32,215 bases of DNA from Azolla caroliniana (lineage: Eukaryota; Plantae; Polypodiophyta), in contig JBHGNT010000354.1 of NCBI GenBank assembly GCA_043228905.1, forward strand, positions 1-32,215. Reading direction: 5' to 3'. The translations under genes were made by a program, and so were the position numbers. Positions 12,247 to 23,300 of this stretch are shown in pieces. Numbering within the stretch: position 1 is the stretch's first letter; the number at the start of each line of letters is the position of its first letter. The notes under the pieces are model-generated. The model saw nothing but the letters and a program-made list of their open reading frames with translations, did no database searches and had not been told where the DNA came from.

Positions 12247-12411
12247 TTTCATGTCGTGTTGTGTCTTGCCATGTCATCATGTCGTGTCGTGTCCTGCCAT
12301 GTCATCATGTCGTGTCGTGTCGTGTCATGTCGTGTCCTACCATGTCATCACACCATGTGTCACGCCACATTGCGTTGTTGTGGTATGTCATCTCTCTCTC
12401 TCTCTCTCTCT
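12011..12411. repeat. Compound satellite: degenerate 5-bp units (TGTCA/TGCCA/TGTCG) with two (CT)n tracts, arranged as two related blocks
   Basis: Pentamer arrays at about 12011-12202 and 12250-12390. Each ends in CACCATGTGTCAYGCCRCATTGCGTTGTTGTGGYATGTCA followed by (TC)n (12203-12243 and 12391-12411). A (CGA)6 tract follows at 12501-12518. Confidence 0.92.
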
Positions 12412-12599
12412 TTGGCTTTCATTACGAAAGGAAAAAGAACACCAACATGACTAGTAACTTACAACATAAGTATAGAACCCTTCTAGGGAACTACATACTA
12501 CGACGACGACGACGACGACTGCAAACTCAATGCCACCCTTCACACCAATTCAATTGTCGAATCTAATGATGTGTGACGTTGCAAAAGGTCTCTCTTCTT

Positions 12600-13300
12600 T
12601 GCTATTGAGATTTCGTGACTTCCCTAGCCCTTTTTAAGTTTTCTCATCCCAACGTGTGAAGCAAATGTGAAGACGTCTTACATATTCCAATTGAACCATG
12701 GCCCACGATACCTCAAGAACTCACAAATAATTTGGAAATGAGGCATCAGTTCACTGTTCTCCTTATATGCAAAAAACCCAACTGAAGGAAGACAGTCTTA
12801 CTCTTTCCAATGGTGAAGCTCCAGCCATAACTCTCCAAATGAATACCTTAGCTCACAACATCAAACGAGAACACCAACCTACCTTGGTCACATGAAACCA
12901 CTAGGTAATGGGCTTACGAAAACCCCATTCTTTATAACCCTTTCTTCCGTCCACTTACGTTTGTCAATCAAGTTGTGATAAACATCATTTGTTGATATCA
13001 TTGACAATCTCTTATTTCCAATAAATGTCCAATCAACCTTATGAGATCCCCCATCTAAATCAAGCATTGGCTCATGCAATGATAATAATCCTTGCAAGTT
13101 ATCCCAAATAAAGGTATAACCTTTTAGAATACGAAATGTTGATCTGGTTGTTCAAAAGGCCATTAATCTTCTTTGTGGCACCAACATACTATCCTTCACT
13201 ATTATTAAACTTAATCTAGCCATCAAATTAAATTGAAGGTTTCTTGCCTCAACCATCTTGATGTCACCAAAACCTCTATTTGTAATGAATTGGCACATCC
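12600..13300 (-). mobile_element. Decayed LINE (non-LTR retrotransposon) ORF2 3' remnant
   Basis: Interrupted minus-strand translations DWTFIGNKRLSMISTNDVYHNLIDKRKW and QIICEFLRYRGPWFNWNM*DVFTF resemble the post-RT C-terminal region of plant LINE ORF2 (W-x-I-W-x-x-R-N type motif). A related peptide occurs at 121-200. Boundaries approximate. Confidence 0.5.
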
Positions 13301-14250
13301 CCTTTCTTGTTTTACTTCCATGATGTACAATTGCTTATTTTGTTATAATTTCACATATTCCTATTGTTGTGTTGATTGACATTCGTCTAGCTAAGATAAT
13401 AAAGAAGATATTGACATTAGAATATTGGCAAATTTTCACCAAAAAAATGGCTGTCAAGCTAGCCACGCTATGTCAAGTGTCACACTTGACAATTCAAAGG
13501 TATTAAATAAGACAGCTTTGTTGACAATCTCCACTTAACTCAAAAAGATGTGAGCAAAACAGTTTCAATGAAGCCATAGGTTGAGAAAAAATGCATCTTG
13601 TTTTATCTACGAAGGAGCTGTGCACAAATTTGACGCAGCTTCCTTCTCTATTTTTAAAAACACAAGGATCATTTTGAAGCTTCTTGGTAAGAGATCTCAA
13701 GCCTGCACCTGCAATAAGAGAGTCATTTGTGCTCATTGTGTAACAGTGTACTCGTAGATTTAAATCTAAGAACAAAACAGTATGCAATCATAACTCAGTC
13801 CCTAAATTTGTTGGGATTAATAAACAATATTGTAGTTAGCCATTTTCCATAGGAATATCAGAAGACATACGTATTCAAATTTGCATGTCTATATTACATC
13901 AAACCACAATAATCAATTATGATTGAACAGAGGAATCAACCTCAGCCTTTAGTTTACTGTCACCTTCAAGTGGTCTTCTTAGTTACACGACATCAATTTG
14001 AACACATTTCATAGACATGAAAATAGCTAGTTAATATGAATCCATTTTTACCCTTGGGGTATAGCCATATGCCAGTGATGCATCTCAGGTGTGGCCTAGC
14101 ATATGAGCTTGCTCACTACATGTCACATGCATTTGCATTCTAAGCCTTCACTCTAATGTTAGTGCAACATTTGCATTTTGTTCTTTAAGCAATAACAATA
14201 CCCGATGAGATACATGTTTGTAACTAAATATACAAGAAAATGTAGTGACC

Positions 14251-14324
14251 GTTAGGAACAACAAAACCATGCACCCATCAAATAGACTGTTAGGAACAAC
14301 AAAAAGATGCACCCATCAAATAGA
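14251..14324. repeat. 38-bp tandem duplication spanning the stop codon of the MBD/PHD gene
   Basis: GTTAGGAACAACAAAA(CC/AG)ATGCACCCATCAAATAGA at 14251 and 14289. Confidence 0.9.
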
Positions 14325-17300
14325 TCTTCTTGGCTCTGTGCTTTTCCGCTTTCTTTTCAGCACTTCGAATTTGCTAGGTGAATTGAGTGCAATATTTTTG
14401 GACCCTGCACAAGTTGGACAAAACCATGTGCCTTCAGGTATCTCTGGAAGTGGGGGGTTGAGGCAATATGTGTGATAGCCCTCATCACACCCATCACATA
14501 AGAGTATCTGGTCATCATCTGCATCAATTTTGCATGCCCTGCACAGACAAGAGGGGCAAAACCAAGTCTTTCGTGGTACTCTTTTTAGAGTTGGCTGAAG
14601 GCAAGATAGATGATAGCGTCTTGGACATCCCGCACAAGAAACACAAGGCCTCTTGTTTTCAACTCCACAAATCTTACATGCATTCTCATTCTCGTTCTCA
14701 TTCTTCTCATTCTCGTTCTCGTTCTCGTTCTCGTTTTCTATTAGAAAGGCATGGTCAGGAGATAAATTTTCCACACTTGGATCTGGTGATCGACGCTCAA
14801 AATCATCTGTCTCAATTCCACATTCCATAAGACGCTCTATAGATCCATGTTCAATGCCATGCTCTGGAGACCCATGATTAAGATGCTCCATAGATACATT
14901 AACATCAGCATGCTCAGGAACTCCATGATTAAGAGGTTTGATAGATGCATGATCAATGCCATGGTCTGGAGACCTGATATTGCTATGCTTCAGTAATGTC
15001 TTCTTCATGATACATCCAATGGAAGCCTCATGAAAAGATGCATGTTTGATGGTCTCTTTTAAAAGTGGGCAAATGGAGTCGTTGGAAATTCGATCATCAT
15101 ATACAGAACAATTATGAAATTCCTCCGGTTTGCTCAAAATAGACGTATTCATGCGAGCCATACAATAAGCTGTATCACAACCATTGCTCAGAAGCACATT
15201 ATTATCCACTTTCTTACAAGCACCACCTCCATGTGGTTTGCCTGATATCTTTAATGTTCTGCCTGATTTATTGATTACATCAGAATCTAGCACACATGAT
15301 TCTTGTCTGATTTCCTCAAAAACAACCTCTTTATCATGACCCAATTCGGATGAATGCTCCACAACATTTTTTGTGATACACTCAGGACAACACCATTGAT
15401 TATCAGGAAGAATGTCATTCAAAGCAGGATCAACACAATGAACATGGAATCCTGCATTGCACTTTTTGCAGACAATCCAATCTTCACTTCCGTCAAGCCC
15501 ACAATTATTGCATAAACTTGGTGCTGGAATTGTACTCGATCTATCTTTGTCATTAGTGTGGTTTTTACCTTTTGACTTCCTTGATTTGCCATTAAACTTC
15601 TTTACATAAACCTTTAGCTCTGGCGAATTAGCAGATGTTGGATATATTAATGATTTACCACTAACGACCACACCGGTTGATCTTGGAGAGCCAAGTACAG
15701 GAGGCATTGCCTCCTCAGCCACTCGAAGTCTAGAATTTGGATGAGAAGGCTGTACCAAATGATGTTCCTGTGAGATCTGGGAGTTATCAAATGACATCCC
15801 GTTCCAATCTATGGACTGTTTATGAAGATGTAAATTTGAAGACTCTGCATGGTTCTCTGCCAGCTTCTGATCTGGAAGTGAAATGCTCATTGGTGGAGCC
15901 CTTTCTCCTGGGGGAGCCTGAAATAAAGGCATAACCTGCAACACACGTAGATGATCATCAGCTTCGGTGATTACACCCATCATGACACTTCAGGAAAATT
16001 CAGGCTTGATAAAGGAGAAATTTTAAATACAGGCTTAGTTCTAGAAATAAATAGGAAATAAGAGGTAACATTGCATTTTCCAATAAGATATATGCAGGAA
16101 ATGAATTAGGGCTGACATAGACTTCAGGAACAGATCGTTGACTGTCTGATTAATAAAGAAGAGGTATTGCCTCAATGGCCAAAGTATTTGTCAGAAAGGC
16201 CATTCTGTTCTACAGTTAGGTGGATGACACTTCTGACATTGTAAGGATGGAGGTGATGTTGGAATAAAGTCTGACGAACACCCTACTTACAATCAGTTAA
16301 GAGTATCCCAGATCAGCTCATTGGGTTGAATAGCATCGTAATCCTCAAAAGATTTTATTCTTTTTCTTAAATCCAGGACTGTATACTATACATACTTCAA
16401 GACAAAGAATTGAATTAACATCCACACCTTTTTGCCATCAATACATGTTTTATTCAATATTTTATACAGATATAATTGGTCCCATCCAGCTTATCAACAT
16501 AGAGCATGACAAACATATCCTTATAATTGTCATTAATTATCACTATATAACAATAAGAGAACAATTAGCCAACCAGATCTTTGAAACAGCATAGTGGCCC
16601 ACCACATATGCAGTGGTTCCTGAATGGAGCAACTAACTTTAAAGGATTGGTGGGGGTGAGATTGGACCCTAAAAACTAAGAAAATTATGGAAGAGTCCAT
16701 TCCCTTGTAATAAACAAATATTTACCACATTGCTTAGCGATATCCTAAGAGGTACAACTTCTGAGGTAGAAGTTAAAACAATAGCCAGGATCTATCCATC
16801 ATGATTGCCTCTATCCAACCTCCCAAGGCCTGGCAACAAGCTCAACAAATTTTAATTGCTCTATCCAAAGCTCAAGATCTCAAGGCGTGCAATATGAACA
16901 CAATTTGAAAGGCCCTCCTGAAGATGCTACAATCGATCCAACCTCCCAAAGCATGAGAATAAGCTAAACAAATTTTAATTGCTCTATCAAAAGCTCAAGA
17001 TCTCAAGGTGCTTAGCATCCAGCATAAACATGATGGAAATCATCTGTGTCACTCACCATGTTATATCCCTTTATTATGTCAACCACCACCACAACAGAAG
17101 CTGACCTAGAAGCTTATCAAATGTATGTGAGAGAAAGGGCGGCTTATCAATAAAATCCTTTATACAATACTACAGTATTTGTTAGAGAAAGCCTGCATGT
17201 ATAATATACACTCATAGAAACATCAGCTCTCAACAAAAAAACGTAATGTGGGAGTGCAGACTGTGAAAGTTTACACCCTTCACCTCATTTTATCATTTTC

Positions 17301-20300
17301 TATGGTATCTCTATCTCTAACATTATGCTCCTAGCCATGAAATTGAATGAGAGCCAATTTGAGTATACTCAAAGAAACAACAAAAAAATTGTATTATCAA
17401 AGGATAGGCTGTCCTAGCTCCCAACTGTTCAGCCCATATTATCAGGACCCTTTCCTGACAGTAGAGCACGCTCAGGAAACTTTGATCTCCATGCCATTCG
17501 TCTGACTTTGTACATTATCCTTATCTGTTAAAGGAGTCATATTTCCATTTTCAGTATATGTCTGCATTATTTGCCTCATCCTCTTAGTTTCTCAACCATG
17601 TTGCCATGGCATCATAGCCGACATTCTAGCTACTTAGGTTTTCAAGATAAGAATTTGCGCAACAGAGCTAATTCAAGTTAGGTCTGCATTAATCCTAGTA
17701 AGCGATGCATTAAACAACCAACTGTTCTCATTTTCTAGGATATGAGTTATATTTGCACGTCTAATTCCAGGAGGTTCTAACATAAAGCACATTTAAAGGA
17801 CTTAGTCGACATTTTACTATTGAAGGTAAAGATAATCTGTGTATGAGTTACTTTTACATCCCTATATGCAGGAGCTTCTATCATAAATCATGTCAAAAGG
17901 AGTAACTCAATATTCAGCTTCACTGACGCAACAAAGATATAATTGGTCCAAGTATAACATTTGCAGTCAAAGATGACAATAATCTGTGTGTGTAGCTCAA
18001 GTTAACTGATGCCATGAATGTGGCTAACTTGAATGATTATAACAATCTATGGAGTGAGAAGAATCAGTAACAAGTATTTCCTTTCATCATAGCTAAGCTG
18101 AACGATGATAATGGACCTCTTGAATACTTTTACTTTTTATGAATTTGTCTGAGATTATCATTTGGAGGCTGGCTGATCCTATCAATAGATGCCATGGGCT
18201 TTTCCTGACATCATTACTAGTGATTGGCAACCTCAATTTATCATTAGTTCCTGAAAGTGTCTTTTCACTCTTCAAATAACTCCATATGTCATAGATTGAA
18301 GTCCTTTTGAAGATTTTACCATTTCTGATCTATGGCATTCTAGAAAGTGCTTTTTCTGGAACATTTTCACTGCCTTTCAGCATTAACTTTCTGGAATGCT
18401 CTAGCTCTCCTCAGAACTACTATAAATAGTGGGCTTTAAGCTATATAAGCTTCAGATTCTTGTCAGTGCCTGTGATACCATTTATGTTACAGAACCAAGA
18501 TAAGCTCTTGTGATTTGGTCTTTTAGTCATGTTTAAACTCTTGTAATGAATTGACATATCATTCCTTCTAATTTGGAAGCTCTACATTCATAATCAATCT
18601 AGATCTCCTCAAAACTACTATAAATATTGGGGTTTAAGCTATACAAGCTTCAGATTTTTGTAAATGCCTGTGATAACACTTACGTTGCGCAACCAATAAG
18701 TTCTTGTGATTCGGTCTTTTAGTCATGTTTAAACTTCTGTATTGAATTGACAGATCATTCCTTGTAATTTGTAATATATTTGTGATCTACATTCATAATC
18801 CACGAATGGGTGCCATAGATTAGATATATCAGCCCAGCTTGCAAAAAGATGCAATCAAACTGTCAAACACTTTGTTTCCAGGTCTGAAGAGCCGGTAACA
18901 TTACTTTTTGGCTGTTCATCCTACAAATAGGGGCATTTGCAAATAATCAAACGTAGTCACACGCACTCTACGTATTACTATTCAGCCCATTTTCGCGGCG
19001 CCCTCCAGTGTCAAAAGCCCAGTCATGAAGTGTTCATTTTTAAAGCATATTGTGTCCTGACATGCAAATTTATTTCCTGGTTTACAGTCATCCCACTAGA
19101 AAAAACGAGTTACATCCATTCTAAATTAGCGGTAACAAATTATTTCCTGGTTCATAATAGAGGACCTGGAATCCATTCCCCAATAACAATGGGGCAAACA
19201 ATACCTTGCATATGAAGGAATTTCTAGAATATAAATCATCCAAGGGTGTCTCTTCTGGGTTGGTACATCATGAAAAATACCAATCTTTAATAAATCATCT
19301 GTCAATGGTATCCAGTACGAGATCCACACATGATGTGTGTGTGATTGGAAACACAAACTGCAAAAGAAAACGATAGATGGCCACTATGCAACACATTAGG
19401 TCAATATCATGGCATGATAGAAGGGATCTAGAGATATATTCGAAATGAAAACATCTAATACTAAAACGCCTCATTGCACCATCCTCTAGGCTAACAATTT
19501 AGATGAACTTCAAGCATTCAATGCTTTGAGAACCTTGTTGTTCCACTTATATACGTAATTATTTGTGTTGTACATTTGTTTAAGGAAGCTTTCCGGATTT
19601 ATGGTGTTTCAGAAATCCTAGTATACTAATCCAACACAGCAGAGAATTAAAAATATATTAAATAATGACAAATGACCTGTTGCTTATATAGATTGTTTGA
19701 AAGGTCCAAAAGAGACTGTGACAATTTAATCAGTTCATTTCCAGCTGAGATAATGTTTGTCCACACCTGCAAAGTACAATGCAGACAAAATAAGCCAAGG
19801 AGTTGAGAAGGAACATAAGGAAGATATGAAAATGCCAAATTTAGCCACACCAAACATGCATCATTCAGACATTTCAAGGCATCTTCACCTTGCATCATCT
19901 CTTATATGCTAGATGCAATGAAAACAATTCTATTTGTTGCACATAGGCTTACATAGAGTCAGGGGATCCTAGAGACAATGGATTAACCATGAGGTCTCTT
20001 TAGGCAACCAATAAAGCATGAAAGCAAAGAAAAAGAATGAAAACAATCCACGAGAATAAGTGCACGCAGGAAAAAAGTGAAATAATATCGAAGGAGCAAA
20101 GATTGGTGGTGCATCTTAGCATTACGTGAATAGTGTGTGTGAACTGGCACATGAGCAAAAGGGTTTCCAAGTTTGCTAGTCTTTGTTCCTTTACTGCTTC
20201 ATCTTCTGCCTACATTCATTGATACTCATGCATCTTTATCCTTTCTTCCCTTTGCTTTCAGAAATATTTGGTTGCCTAAGCAAGAGAGAGGTTGAAGGCT

Positions 20301-23300
20301 GGTTTGCGATGCAACCTTCCGTGGTTTAGCTTGTCACCATACATTTTAAGAGCATGACCTTTGTTATTATAATGAGTTGTATCTGTGCATACCTTAATAA
20401 TAAATAGAATATAGTGTTGTGAAGCTTACTCTATGTCTACTGAGAGAGGAAGAGAGCCATGTGTATGGTGTGGGAAGAAATCCTTTGGGGGGCTATGCGC
20501 TTGAGAGTGAAGGGGCTGCATCCTTCAAGGGAGTTTTAATTTGTTAAAAGACATAGAGCAAGAAAACCATGAATGAACTTACAATGACGAAAAGAATGTG
20601 TCATGATGGGATCTGGCCTAGATCCCATCTGAAGGGTCATTTATCACAGTAACAAAAAACCGGAAGGTATTCAATGGCACTACTGTTCTGCTAGAGCAGA
20701 AACCAACGTCTATTGGCCTCCACCATAGAGATTATTCATAGTTCATCCACGAACCTTGAAATTTGTTGACAGTAGAGAATCAGTAGTGAACCAACCAACT
20801 ATATGACTTTAAAATGAATAAAATATATAGGAAACTCCAAATTGATGGCTAGTTTTAAATCAGATTTGATAAGAATTCTCTGCATTATTTTAGAAGCAAA
20901 GGGCTTAACAGAGAAAAATCGAGATACTGACAAAATAATAAGTAGAGTTTCGGAATATAAATTAACCACGCTGTGATCTAGTACCTGCTGGATGTCTCCA
21001 TAAAATAGCTGAGGTGATCTCCCATAAGCTCCTGTTGATAGTCTCAGGTGTATTAATTGCAAGTCAAGAGAACCAGCAACTAAGGGTGGGGACTTGAGCT
21101 GCAAAACACCCTCTAATGATCCAGATGACGTTGATTGATTGAACATCTTGCTTAGGGCTGCAAATTTATCTGTACATATAATACTCCTCAAAGTTTCTTC
21201 ACATCGTTGTGTTACAAGAGCAGCAGATGGAGCCACTACCATTGGTCTGATAACCTCAGAAGATGTTGCCATTCCTTCAGATGGTTTTATTGCATTAGAA
21301 TTCACATGGACTGCACGATTTTCTGCCTTGGTTGTGGAATAATCTTTCTGCAAAGTTTCAGACAGCATTCTATCAACACCATACTATAATCACCCTGCAT
21401 CATTAATATAATACAAATAGATGTAACAACACAAAGTCACCTTGCATTCCTCATGCGACAAAAGGCTCCCCCCTCCATCATAAAGCTGATTTTCATGGTC
21501 TTCTAGAGTCTGTGTTTGCAAAGTAACGTCATCATCCATTTTCTTATCCTGAGATTCAATCGGTACAGTGCTTCTTGACAGTAAATGAGCAGTACCCACT
21601 CTTGTCGGGTTCAATCCCAAGTGTCTAGCCACTTCAATCCGTGATCTGAATCTTTCATTGTGTGGGGAGATAAAGGACTTACTCAGCTTGCCTGTATTTA
21701 GACTACGCTGCACATCAATATGCCATCCATCTTCAAAAATTCCACCCAGACCTTCGATATAGTTTCTCAAAGTTTCTAACTCTGAAAAACTCGTGATATT
21801 CTTACCAGTATACAGCCTCTTACGACCACTTCCATGTCTCTCAGCTTTATGTTCACCCATTTTCTTTCCACCTTCTCTCTCTGATTCTTTCAATTGCTGA
21901 AGGGACAATAATGTATCCACCACACGATTTTTACCATGTCCATCTTTCTTGCTATGTTTAGAAGATAAAACTATAGGACTTTCCTTATGAAACCGACGTC
22001 GTCGCTTCCTCTTTGGATTCATTATCGAAGGGCTCTGTTGTTTTGTATCAAGCACATTTGTATCATGGGAAGATCTATGCTGCTCTAGACGGTCAATTGA
22101 AGGAATTTCTGACAGATGAGGAGCTCTTTCTCCGATCTTCAGCTGCTTTCTCTTCACCATGATATCTTGTAGCTTTGATGCCGTACTAGTCAGATTCTCT
22201 GTTCCAAGTAGCCGAAAATAGATACTAAGCACAAGACAGCCTTGGAGTTCAAGAACAGCCTTTCCAAGTAACCGAAATGAGGTATTGAATCAATCAATTT
22301 CGATGAAAATGGCTTTGGAATTCAAGAACAGCCCATGAAAATATGCCATCTTCACTAAATTTTGATACCATAGCCAATATCTCTAGTACAAGTAACTGAA
22401 AACAAGTATTCATGAGTTGATTTAGATGAAAACGACTTTGGAATTCAGGAGTCCTTCAAAATAGTGCTTTCTTCGGGGGGAGAGGGATCCTACTTAAGAT
22501 CTCTGTTTCAAATAATGATGAGAACAACTTTGATTTGATGAGAACAACTATCAAATAATGCCCTTGGTATTCACAAACAGCCCTTCAAAGAGTGCCGTCT
22601 CTGAAAAACATCAAACTCGTAGTCATGATCCATGTTCCACATAGCTGAAGATTTTTTTTGAATGCTTTGATTCAAAGACAGTTCCTTGAAATTCAAGAAC
22701 AGCCTTCTAAACATGCCTTCCTCAGGGGAATGATGACATCATACACAATTTCTGCTTTCAAATAGCAATGGAACAGTTGTGGATCGTGTTGATTCGATGG
22801 GAATGAATTTGGTATTCAAAAATATCCTTTCAAAAGATGCTTTTTCCAATGAGAATGACTTGGAAATCAAGATCAATCATTCAAAATGTCTCTTACTCTT
22901 GGTAAAATCGATGTCATAGTTCCTACGTATGATCCAAATAACTGCAAAATAAGTATTGAACGTCTTGGTTTGATGAGAATGAATTTCGGATACAAGAACA
23001 GACACTCAAAAGATGCTTTTTCCAAGGTAAAACAACATTGTGCACAAAATATCTCTTCCACAATGAGAAAGTGTGTTGAACACAATACCCCAATTCAACG
23101 AGAATGGCCTTGGAACTCAAGAACAGTTCTTCAAACAGCCCATTCTCCAGGGAGAAAACAAAAACTCATTGCAAGGAGCATGAATCTTGAAAAACAACTC
23201 TCAAGGAAGACCTAGAAAGTCAGTGAACACTTCATTTCCTAACAGATCAAAGAAAAACTGGGACTATTAGGAGATTGAGCAGTTAATCTTAAATCTACAC

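Noticed and set aside
11777-12566. Long + strand ORFs (225, 145 and 182 aa) rich in Cys/His/Val and Glu
   Set aside because: They are translations of the pentamer satellite and microsatellites, which lack stops in several frames at once, and they overlap ANKZF1 antisense. They are not metallothionein-like genes.
22240-23160. Repeat-spacer appearance resembling a CRISPR array
   Set aside because: The cores are highly degenerate, the intervening segments are related to each other rather than unique, the context is a eukaryotic intron, and there are no cas genes.
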